64,000 bases of DNA from Kondoa subrosea (Eukaryota), in NCBI GenBank assembly GCA_039545335.1, contig BCIN01000009.1, positions 1 to 64,000 of the forward strand, read 5' to 3'. Position 1 is the stretch's first letter. Each line of letters opens with the position of its first letter. The position numbers were made by a program, and so were the translations under genes. The notes under the pieces were generated by a model. The model was not told where the DNA came from and did not search any database. It worked only from the letters and a program-made list of their open reading frames with translations. This document shows positions 1-10,257 of this stretch, one piece after another.

Positions 1-3000
1 TCTTTCGAGGTAGGAGAGGGTGTTCCACCAGTGGTGAAGATAATTGGGTGGAAAGCATTCTTGATAAGGCTGCAGTAATGACGATTCTTCTCTGCTTCAA
101 TGCTTGACAGGTAAAGCTGGATACGCTTTAACACAAGCTGATCTCTCTATATCAGTACATGACTAATGCATATGGAATCTACACTACCTGATCTCTCTAT
201 ATCAGTACATGACTGATCAAGATCAAGAGAGATCAGGGTTCTAATATACAGTCAGGTGGCAAGAATCTGATACGCTTCTCAGTAGCGCTGAAGAGGTCTG
301 GATCTTGAGTGCTAGGTACTTGAGGAAAGCGTAGCGAATGGACTGAGGTGAACTTGAGATCATAGTCAGAGACGTCTTGCCGAAACGAGCCTGGACCAGA
401 GATGCGAAGATCTGTTCTATCCCTTCTATTGACTACAGCAGGCTCGGCTTTGACTGTTGTCCCAGAGATCTGTTCAACGTGATACTTGATTGTACCTTTA
501 GCTTTCTCGTGCCTAGTAGTTCGCATNTTCTGGCGTTGAGCGCATGTTTCGTTGTGACCAAGTTCGTTTGGGCGATGACAGTACTTGCAGACTGTATTGT
601 GACCACGCATGAGAGTACGATGAGATAGACCAACCGCAATCTCTTGCTTCGACAGCGTTCTGTAACTGTTGTTTGGGATGGCATAAAGCCACTGTGAAGC
701 AATCGAGGCGTGGTTATCAACATATTGGACAAGCTCCGACGAGTTAAGATGGGGTAAGAGATCAGCACGATTTTGCTTGTGCATTTCATGACATCGTTCG
801 CGTTGGCTCTTGAATTCTGCAGGTTCAACATAATTGATATCTGGAGCAAATTCATTGATTAGGTAGTCCATCTTCTGGATCATTGCTGCTCGACCATGAT
901 CTGCACATTCTTTCAGCGACAAGAATCCACATCCACCATAGCTGATAGGGAAAGAGATGAGACGTGGATCGTTTGGCTGTATTGCTATTTGCTCGCCACG
1001 TAATTTGGTGACGGCTCTGNGAATATCTTGATCCATGTCAGCCCAGACTTCAAGAACTGCTGCTGTTGGAGGAAGGGTTCGCAGAAGGTGACGAAGGCGA
1101 TGCTGGAGGCTGACACGGAGCAAGAGAAGGGCATGATGAGCTTCTAGCTGGTCCAGCTTGAAAAGGTGAATAGTTTCTTCAACAACTTTGCAACGAAGGA
1201 ACTTCTCAGGGTAAGGACCGATATAAGTACCCAGAGTTTCAATTTCAACATCTTGCTTCAGTTCAAATTCGCGAGTTTTGTGAGGCTTGAGGTTCAAGAT
1301 TATTCCTCGATACTCATGATCAGCATAAATCTCCTTGATCTCGTCAAGACGAGAGCCAGCGCCGAGAATATAGGTGTTGTCGAGATAAGAGAATATGCGT
1401 GCAAGATTGAATGAGTTCGTTATGCCAGCATTGAGTCTTCGATCTAGATCTTCCAAGACTGGGCGGTAGGCGATGGAGAAGAGAAGGTTGCCGAGAGTAT
1501 CACCTTGTCGAACACCTTGACGTGACTTAATGACTTCAACCGTCCCATCCGACAAGCAGTAAAAGAGATCCGATTCGGTATCGTAAGCCCAAGAAGCCAC
1601 GTCATGGAATTCAGGTGCGAATTCAGCGACAGCAATAGCCATAGGCTTGCGGTCGACCACATTGAAAGCATTCGTCAGATCCAATTCACTCATGATTGTA
1701 TGCTCAACATCTGGCAAGTCATTATCGATCGCTCGTTCAATGTAGCGAATGATTGGTTCTACTCCGCCTGGATTGCCAAGACCGAATTGGGTTGGTAAAG
1801 TATGAGAGGATTTCAGAGCAGTCTTCAGTATGACCTTGATCGCCAGACGGTAGAATAATTCAGCTGTTGCAATAGGGCGGACTCCACCATCTGGTTTGGT
1901 GAGTGCCGTCAAGCGTGATCCAACAAGAAAGTCTCTTCCTGGTGCTGATCCATTTGCAATTTGCTTGGACAGAACAAACATAAATTCTTCGAAAGGACTA
2001 CCATCAACCATGACCAGTTCAAGTAAAGGGACTGTCCAGCCTGAGATCCCTGGCGAGACATGCTTGCTGATCTTCTTGAACTGCTGCATGACGGTGTCAA
2101 GTTTGACTTTGATTTGCGGGCGGGGTCCTTTGCGACGAGAAGTCGAGGTGAAAGGATTGATTGGACCTTCAGGATGAAGCTTTCGGAGCTTCTCCGCAGT
2201 CTCTGGAGTTGCAGGAGCGATTCCAGCATTGGTTGTGAAAATGCGACCCGCTTTAGTGACGTGACCTTTTTCTATAGCGCGCATGACTTGGCGAGCGAAG
2301 GTAAGGGATTCACGAGGAGCGACATTCCCATCAGGTTCAGGCCAAGGGACTTTAGGATAGTTGCGTAGAGTCTTCTCAAAAGATCGGAATCGACCTGTGT
2401 CCGAGTGAGGAGCCAAACCAACCTTGACGAGCGCTAAGATATCGAAAAGATGTTCTTCAGTTGGATCTTTGATATAAGTTTCAGCTAAACGATTTGCTGC
2501 ATCACGGAAGGCTTGTATCTGATGAGGGGCGAGTGAGTGAGTAACGGTCGGTAAGTGAAGTAGTTTGATGAAGCGCTGATATAGCCATGCCTTGATACTT
2601 TCAGGAGATTGGCGATCTNGTAGTTCCTGCTGAGGTGCTGCGGAAGCAGGTCGGTCCGAGGCTGGACGCTGATGCGGAAGGGTAGTTGAAGCTGCAGGGT
2701 TTGATTCGTCTTCATCGTCCGAATCGTCTCTTGCGGCAGTCTGAGGATGAGAAGAGGAAGGAGCTTGACCAGTAATGCCTCTCGCTTTCAACCGTGCCAG
2801 ATGCTTGTCCAGTCCATGCCCTTTTGCCATATGCTTTCCTCGCGAATTCCCCTTTAGAACCCAACCACATTCACATGCAGATAATTCCAGATCTGAATAT
2901 TGAGCAAGTTGTTCAGAGGTGAAGTAGTAGTTCTCATGCTTCAGTTTGAAATGGTTGATAATATTAGTGTATTCGCCAGAACAGAGGAAACAACGCGATT

Positions 3001-3082
3001 TCACTTCAGGAAGAGGTGCTGAATCAGTCTGAAAGCTTTGTGAAGGCGGTACAGAGGTTGCTGCGCGTGCTGGTCTTGTCAT
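1..3082 (-). pseudogene. Retrotransposon RT-RLE polyprotein, disrupted by a 140-bp insertion at 129..268 and a YLDN catalytic variant
   Basis: Removing 129..277 (insert plus one TSD copy) restores ..FSATEKRIQLYLSSIEAEKNRHYCSLIKNAFHPIIFTTGGTPSPTSK, open to the window edge. Confidence 0.8.
129..268. mobile_element. Short nested insertion (140 bp) flanked by 9-bp direct repeats GATACGCTT
   Basis: GATACGCTT at 120..128 and 269..277. Internal 27-bp direct repeat at 138..164 and 188..214. Internal 12-bp inverted repeat at 187..198 and 226..237. Confidence 0.8.
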
Positions 3083-3320
3083 TGGTTTGTTGTTTTTTGT
3101 TGATTTGAATGAAATGAATGTGAATGCGGGAGTTCGCTCTCAAAGGCCCAGCTATACAGCTTTTTGAACCTGACACGTCTAGTACTCTACTCAGCGTAGT
3201 CTTACGACCTTAACGGGAGTATTTAGAGCGAAGCGACGGTCTCGACACACGAATCCATGTTGAGTAACGCAAGCACGCTGTTTGTTGAACGTAGGTAGAC
3301 CTTGCTGCTTGCTAATGAAT

Positions 3321-3395
3321 AAATTTGGAAGTTGCACGGTGATAAAATTTGGAAGTTGCACGGTGGTCTCAAAAAAAAAAAAAAAAAAAAAAAAA
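3321..3395 (+). repeat. 21-bp tandem duplication (AAATTTGGAAGTTGCACGGTG x2) followed by an A25 tract
   Basis: Copies at 3321..3341 and 3345..3365; poly(A) at 3371..3395; AATAAA at 3318..3323. Confidence 0.9.
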
Positions 3396-4120
3396 GCGCG
3401 GCGGGAATCGCGAAACCAGTCGAGAATTGTGTCTCATTCTTGCATCGCGGACCATTCCTTGGACACTCAGGAATGTGCAGAGAATGGGCTATACTCTGTC
3501 TCGTCCCATCTTGTCACACAGACATCGCAAATACTGTATCGCATAGACCTCTTACACATAACCTCAGTTTCGTCAAATGCTGTCCTGCCTTCCGACCTCG
3601 ACTCCCACATACATCGACATGCAGACCTTTGAGCAAACGACGATTTCGGAGACGCGTGACATTCACGTCGCGTAATTTATCTTTGCTGATAGATTACGTA
3701 ATTAGGTTGGGGAAAAGTTTGACCATGTCTCATTTACGCAGAACAGTCACATTCCTGTGCACTGTGTGACAGCTCGTCTTATGCTGGCTTTCTCACCTCA
3801 TTCGACTTTAGTCACATGGGAATACTATCACCAGATTCAATCACCAAAGCAAGTGCGTCTCCTCTATTGGCATCAAGAGGCCCTGATATGCTACCAAGTG
3901 CGCACAGATGTATGGCCAGGCGTCGAAATAATGCACATATCAGGATTTTGCTTTGTTCAAACGTGTTTCACGAAAGACATAGCATCATACAGCGACGGCA
4001 TGTCTGGCATATGAGCACAGGCTGCACAGAAGACAAGGAGCCGCGTTGGTTGCCTCTTGAGACGCGCAAAACTGTAACACTAATTTTGCACCCCTTTGCT
4101 CGTCGTCCTTTAGCAACGAC

Positions 4121-6804
4121 ATGGATATACCCAACAGTAAAGATGAACGGCAGCAGCAATTGGGCATCGCAGGCTCGCCAGCGCTCAGGCAGATACCTCC
4201 TCGAATAGCTTCACCTTCCAATAATGCGACGCTTGGGACTTCGCCAGCTCGAGGCAATACCCCTTCAGCCAATCCTTTGAGATCTGCCTCGGGCTTCAAC
4301 ATAGCACCGGATCAGTTGGAATTCCTGACAGAAGAAGAGAAAGCACGTCGAGTTCGAGCTCATTTGCCTTCCAATCCCGTCAACAATTTAGCTTTGCCAG
4401 CGACTTCTACGCCTGCTTCTAGTCTGTCCGCAAGAGAACGCGAAGATTTCCCTTTTGACACGCAAACTTCTTCTCCCGCTGCTTTGGATAATGCTGAACC
4501 TACATATCACAATACTCTCGGCGGTGATGTGACTTATGACCTTTACAAATACGCAAATGATGTCGAGACCAAGCCTTTGAGGAGGCCACGAAGTGTCTCT
4601 TTCACTCAGACACCTAGAAGAGGGAGCATGTCCAGCAATGCAACAGGAGCTGCAGCCGAGGCAGAGGATGATCTCGATATAAGGGCTATGAGGGAACCTG
4701 GAGGCTTCAGGAGAAACTTCTTGAGAAGGAAAGCCGAGCAAGAAGGTCAAACAAGACCAAATGGGCCTTCACATACTGCGAGGTGATTCTGTCACTGTTT
4801 TCTATTTATGGCTATTTACCATGATGACTTAGCTTTGTGGAATTCTTATCGCTCTATGGACATTATGGAGGTTTGTGAAAGCTGATTGCTGATTGATTCT
4901 CGCTTACACAGTGAATAGGCGAGGATCTCGAAGAAATAGATGAAGAGGACGAAGAAGAGATAGATGAAGAGGATGAAGCCGAAGAAGGGAGAGCTCGTTC
5001 ACCTGGTGCCATGAATGGTCAAACAGAGCGGAGTCCTCTACTGAAACGTTTGACATCTGTCAAGCCCAGACTGTCGCGGAAAAGAAGTCAATCAGTTGGA
5101 AGACATGGGAATGCGACAGTCACACAAGCTGTTCTAATGGTGAGGAGAAATAAACCTGCTAGTTTCTGTCTGATTTGCTGTTCGCCGGTCCACAGCTGCT
5201 CAAGTCATTCGTCGGCACTGGTGTGCTGTTTCTGTCCAAAGCGTAAATAGCATCTCCGATCCGCTCCGTGACATACTCACCAGGTACCTACAGCTTTTTC
5301 AATGGCGGTATTCTCTTCTCGACAATCGTGCTGGTCACAGTCGCTTTAATTTCCCTATACTCTTTCCTCTTACTTGTAAACACTCGTCTGGTCATTCACG
5401 GTTCTTTTGGAGGTGCGCTGAAGACTCAATGAGTCAAGACCATGCTAACATCATTGTCAAGATATTGGTGGTCAGCTCTATGGTGAATGGATGCGCTTTG
5501 CGATTCTCTTCTCGATAGCACTATCTCAAGTAAGCAAATCGTTATGGTATCAAGTGCACTGCTGAAGGGTGTACAGGTCGGCTTCGTCGCTGCGTATACT
5601 ATTTTCGTTGTCAGTCTCTTCCCTAGTCACTTAATTGAAGCTTATCGTGGCGCAGGCGGAAAACATGCAAGCTTTCTTCTTAGCTGTCACCCATTGTCGG
5701 CACTATTTTTCGGTGTCTGCAATTATCTTTGCTCAGCTGATTGTCTTCCTACGTATGTTGATGCTACAGTATGGGCAGAAACTTGGCTCACAATCTATCC
5801 TAGCATTTGCGATGATTCGCAACATTCAGAAACTATCTGGTACAGCTCTTGTTGCAGATGCTTTCATTCTAGCTGGGCTCCTATACATTTTCAGCAGCGA
5901 GATCAAGATCCTTGCAACAAGCGGTCCTGCTCATGTAGCGCTTTTCAATCCTGTAGACTTCCCTCTTCTCATCGGGTACGTCTGGCTCTATGGTCCAGAA
6001 TTCGACTGATGAGCTATACAGCACTGCTGTGTTTTCCTTCGAGGGCATAGGGCTGGTCATCCCGATCACGGAATCGATGGCAGAACCACGTCGCTTCCCT
6101 GCAGTCCTAACATGGGTCATGCTCTTCCTTACTGTCCTTTTCGCCGGAGCTGGATGTCTCGGCTATCTTGCATTCGGTAGCGATATTCAAGCAGTCGTCA
6201 TTCTCAATCTACCGCAGAACAAGTTTGTCAACGCCGTTCAGTTCTTGTACTCTGCGGCTATCATGCTATCTACGCCTCTACAACTGTAGGTGACGGTGAA
6301 CAGCTCTGTGTTAGTAGCAGCTGAAGTGCACTATAGATATCCAGCAATCCAAATCATCCAAAACGGCATCTTTTCCCGCTCGGGCAAGAACAATACTAAA
6401 GTCAAATGGCAGAAGAATACTTTGCGCTTCACTATTACTGTAGGCTGTACTTTGGTAGCATGGATTGGGGCGACAGATCTGGACAAGGTATAGACAAATC
6501 GTCGCGATTATACAATGCCTAACAACCGTTGACAGTTCGTCAGTATTGTTGGAAGTTTGGCATGCATACCGCTTTGCTTGTGCTACCCTGCTCTACTTCA
6601 CTACAAAGCATGTGCGCATACCAGAAAGCAGAAGGTCGCGGATCTAGCACTCTTGGTTTTCGGTTCTCTCGTTTGCGTATTCTGCTCGGTACAGACCATG
6701 TGCGTCTATCTGGTATTCTTTTAACATCTGTCGCTAATAGCTACTGCAGATCTAAATTGTCAGAACCGGCACCTAAGCCTCGGCACCTGACATGCAATAT
6801 CTGA
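4121..6804 (+). CDS. Vacuolar amino acid transporter (AVT3/AVT4-like, Aa_trans family), multi-exon
   Basis: GGDVTYDLYK, REPGGFRRNFL, FVEFLSLYGHYGGEDL, LLKSFVGTGVLFL, GTAVFSFEGIGLVIPI; GT-AG introns join the exons in frame. Confidence 0.9.
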
Positions 6805-6871
6805 ATAACGAGCGGTGGAATAATATTTGCATTGTATATCACTTTGACCCCATGTCCATGCATATGCACTA

Positions 6872-9800
6872 CTAATACAAACCCAGTCCGAAAAGACCTC
6901 TTCGTTGCGGAGCGCGATGATTGCCTGCTTTTTCTTGTTGAAGTTTGACGACTGCTCGTAATCTGAGTATGGAGCGTAAACGGCAAAAGTAGCGACGTAG
7001 ACTTACGAGAATCCAGCTTGCCCGTGACCTGCAAGGCAAGTTAGTCGTTGTATACAGCAAAGAAAGCGACTTACTAGCTCAAGCTTCTCTTTGCGCTCTT
7101 GCAGATCTAAGTGCTTGCGAATATCAGGGTTCTGTCGCGCGAAATCGGTAATCTCTTGTTTATGTAAGTCGTAACGCGAATCAATTTCGCGAGGGAACTA
7201 GCAAACAGTCAATTCCGACTGTCCAACTCAAGACAAGAACTAACTAAATAGAAGAACTCTCCGAGGAGCTCGATGTTGATATGTTGGATTGCGGTATATG
7301 TGAGTTGAGTGGCGACAGCATTGAGGAACGCTTCAGGACAGAAAGCTTGGTTCTCGGGCCCAGCTTTACATCGCTTTGCTTTTAGTGCAGCAATGCGAAG
7401 CTTGAGCACATCAGATCGATTGCTCAAGAAAGCTGCTTCTCGAGCTACAGAGAGACATGAATAAGCAGCCATAGCTAAAAGGCAGAAACATACCCTTTGT
7501 TAGTAAATTCGGATTGTAAACTGGTCGATTTGGATCATTATCTTCTTCTTCGGGTTCAGTGGTCGCTTCACCACGAAGCACACTCGACTTTCGACTTATC
7601 CGTCTCCTTTCCCTCTCTTCTAAATCTCGCACAAAGTCCATAGCACTTTTAAGTTTGCGACCGCCAACAACGTCTGAAATCTTCTTGAAAGCGCCATCGC
7701 ACTGGCTAAGTTCTCGCTCGAGCAGGAATTGACCTCTTTGACGACCGGCTTCCCATTGCGCTTCATCGACCTCAACTTCCTTCTTGAAAGGCTTGACGGA
7801 ATTCTCGACTTGTTCGGCAGTAGCTGCAAAGCGATTGTGCAGGATAGCATCGGAGAGAGCTGCTATACCTTCCACCGCAGCTGGATGATGTATAAAAGGT
7901 TCCATTTCAGCTAATTTGCTGACTTGATTCCGTAAGGCATCGACAATAAGTTGAGTTGAACTTCTGCCGACACCTGATTTGGTCACTGCTGAAGCAGAAG
8001 CTTCCAACTTATGTTGCCAATATGGTTCGAGATCTTCAGGTGTGGGTACTTTTTTGGTATCGGCAGCGAATTTAGAAAGTTCAGGTAAACGTGGATCCAT
8101 CCAATACATCTTTGCCAGGGTATCGGTGACTTTCTCTTCGATTGCTGCACGAAGCATTTTTCTTGCTTCTGGTTTCCCGAATACTTTGGAAAGGCTTGCG
8201 AATTTAGATTTGAGCGAATCCATAGTTTCGGCAAAGTACGATTCGGCTGATATAGATCTATCGTTATATTCGACTTTGAATTGATATGACGCTTCTTCGA
8301 GCTCCATAGCAACTGCATTGGAAATGGAGTGCAACGAACCACCCATCGATTCTTCCAGGACTTCCATCAAACGTCGTTTGAGGGTATTGGTACCAACTTG
8401 CATTCCCGGTCGGTTGAAATGTTCCGCGTTTGATCCAAAGAAAGCGTTTTCTTGTTTTTGAACGGGTTTGAGGAGATCAAAATTAGGTCCTTCTTTTGCG
8501 CCAAACTTGAACAAGCTATTTGATTCTTTCTGATGTTCCTGCTCTTTCTGTCCAACAGCTTTGCACACTACTCCAACATAACCTAGAGCCAAAGGATATC
8601 TTTCATTTGCTAGTACATCTGAACCAATTTGAGGAGCAACCAAATCCATCTTGGTAATCACACCAATCGTTCTCAATCCCAATGGATCTACTTTCCTACT
8701 TGCTCGTAAAGCAGGACTGTTGGCTAAATCCACGTCGGCGGAACAGACAGCTAAGATAATGTTGTTCGCTCTTATATATTTATCGCACAAATCGGTAATC
8801 TTATGCTTGAGTTCTTCAGGTTGGTCCATTGAGCTGATTTGAACATAACCAGGTAAGTCGACAAGCGATAAATCAGGTACGTTAGGGGAATGAATTCGAA
8901 GTTGAATAGGATCAGGCGAGACGGCTTCGCTTGCTGGAACAGAGAGGTTCATTTCAGTCAGACGTTGTTGGACCAGAGAGAAGTCGGTAAGGTGACCTGA
9001 ATGTTCTGATGGGAACTCAGCAAATTCGATTGGATTAGGATCAGATGTTGAGCGAGGAGTATGAATGAGAGTGAGTTCTATAGGTCGACGAGTGACCATG
9101 TTGTTGCCTCTGCGGTTTCATCAGAGGCAAGCAAGTGATGTATGTCTGAAGACTGACTTTGGTAGAAATTCATGACCGACGATAGCTTCCAGGACACTAC
9201 TTTTGCCACTACTTTGGCTTCCAATGACAACAATACTGGGCAATTGCAAGGATTCCCCATGATCGATACTGAGCAGAATAGACCTCACTTCAATGAGTTT
9301 GCGTGTCAAAAGCATCAGATCATTTGACGGGTCGTCAGATGTGGGCATGCTAGCGACTGCAGCGGTAGTGAGAGCAAGAGCAGCTGGACCAGGTCCACCA
9401 TTCCCAGAGCTAGACGATTCGTAAGGATTCTCTGGCGATTCGTCTTCTTGGGCTTCAGATTGACTGGATTGACTTTGAAACCAATCTCGAAAGCTTTGAG
9501 CCGTTCCAGAAGCCCATCCGCTTATGCCTGATGCTGCAGAGCCTAGGCCTTCCCTACCCTTGTCTGCTACTTCTGATGCGCCATTATAAGCTGACGATAA
9601 GCCTTGCCCTACTGTTCCCAACGTTGACGAGCCCCATTCTCCCAACACGTTAAGCTTGTCCTTTGCTGCTTGAGTGAGATTATCGACTTGATGATTGGCA
9701 TAAGCAAGAGCTGAAACGCCCAAGCCTCCAGCTACAGCAGATGTGCGAAAGACTCTGAAGGCAGCCCTTGGTATAGCTTGAAAGGAAGCGTTCCTAGCGA

Positions 9801-9903
9801 CTGGCAGCAACGTGTAAGGCCTGATGCCACCTCGTCGAATTATAGGTCGAGCGTAAAGCAGAGCAGTTTGAGAGCGAAAAGGCGAGAATCTTGAAGCCCA
9901 CAT
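6872..9903 (-). CDS. MGM1: Mitochondrial dynamin-like GTPase Mgm1/OPA1
   Basis: Arg-rich presequence and hydrophobic segments, G1 [27 protein letters not shown], conserved C-terminal [20 protein letters not shown]. Confidence 0.93.
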
Positions 9904-10257
9904 GCTCTGAGTATATCTTCAGCACATTGCTTTTTCCAAGCTTCTAAGCAGTGGTATCCTGGCAGCTTCAAAGCTTTGGTATCGTGTTTTACTGTCAAGG
10001 AAAGTGAAATCGCGCAAGTTGCTCAGGATCCACCATGTCAAGTTGCAGTCTGCCCTTCCTCGCTACTGCTACTCAACGCCATTATGCTACTCTGACTTCT
10101 GCATGACTTCGTAATGGCATTCCTTTATTTTTATTTTTGCCTGATGCATTTATGCGTTTGAATGCCGACCCTCTCTGGCTAGTATCCGGAGCTCCTTACT
10201 ATCGAGTTTCTCGTACTCTGCTGTTTTCCCTACATCCTATCAGATTATATTGTCGCG

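Larger units (their letters stand above)
1..3370 (-). mobile_element. Non-LTR retrotransposon, CRE/Cnl1-like clade with restriction-like endonuclease; 3' end runs off the window, 5' boundary approximate; probably inactive copy
   Basis: Intronless 949-aa ORF (233..3082) in an otherwise intron-rich genome. It has N-terminal C2H2-like fingers (CFLC..HFKLKH; CECG..HMAKGH), RT motifs (GGVRPIA, QFGLG, LDLTNAFN, GVRQGD, YLDN), a CCHC knuckle (CKYC..H..C) and RLE motifs (RHE, RTDL, DYDLK). The frame continues past a nested insertion into ..EKNRHY..FHPIIFTTGG. Confidence 0.9.

Noticed and set aside
129..277. Insertion in the retroelement as a spliceable intron
   Set aside because: The GT donor within the TSD combined with the nearby AG acceptors tested each leaves a frameshift.
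527..2619. Three single N bases (527, 1020, 2619), all inside the retroelement
   Set aside because: Most simply assembly ambiguity from collapsed repeat copies; not a biological feature, though it supports multicopy status.
3290..3345. AG|GTAG followed by AAATTTGGAA resembling a spliced-leader RNA (donor plus Sm-like site), tempting because some CRE elements target SL genes
   Set aside because: The Sm-like site has only three U's, the orientation is opposite to the element, no SL stem-loops are evident, and SL trans-splicing is not established in Dikarya.
3282..4208. Short ORFs across the poly(A) tract and upstream of the AVT gene
   Set aside because: Poly-Lys comes from the homopolymer, there are no recognisable motifs, and the region is likely promoter or UTR.
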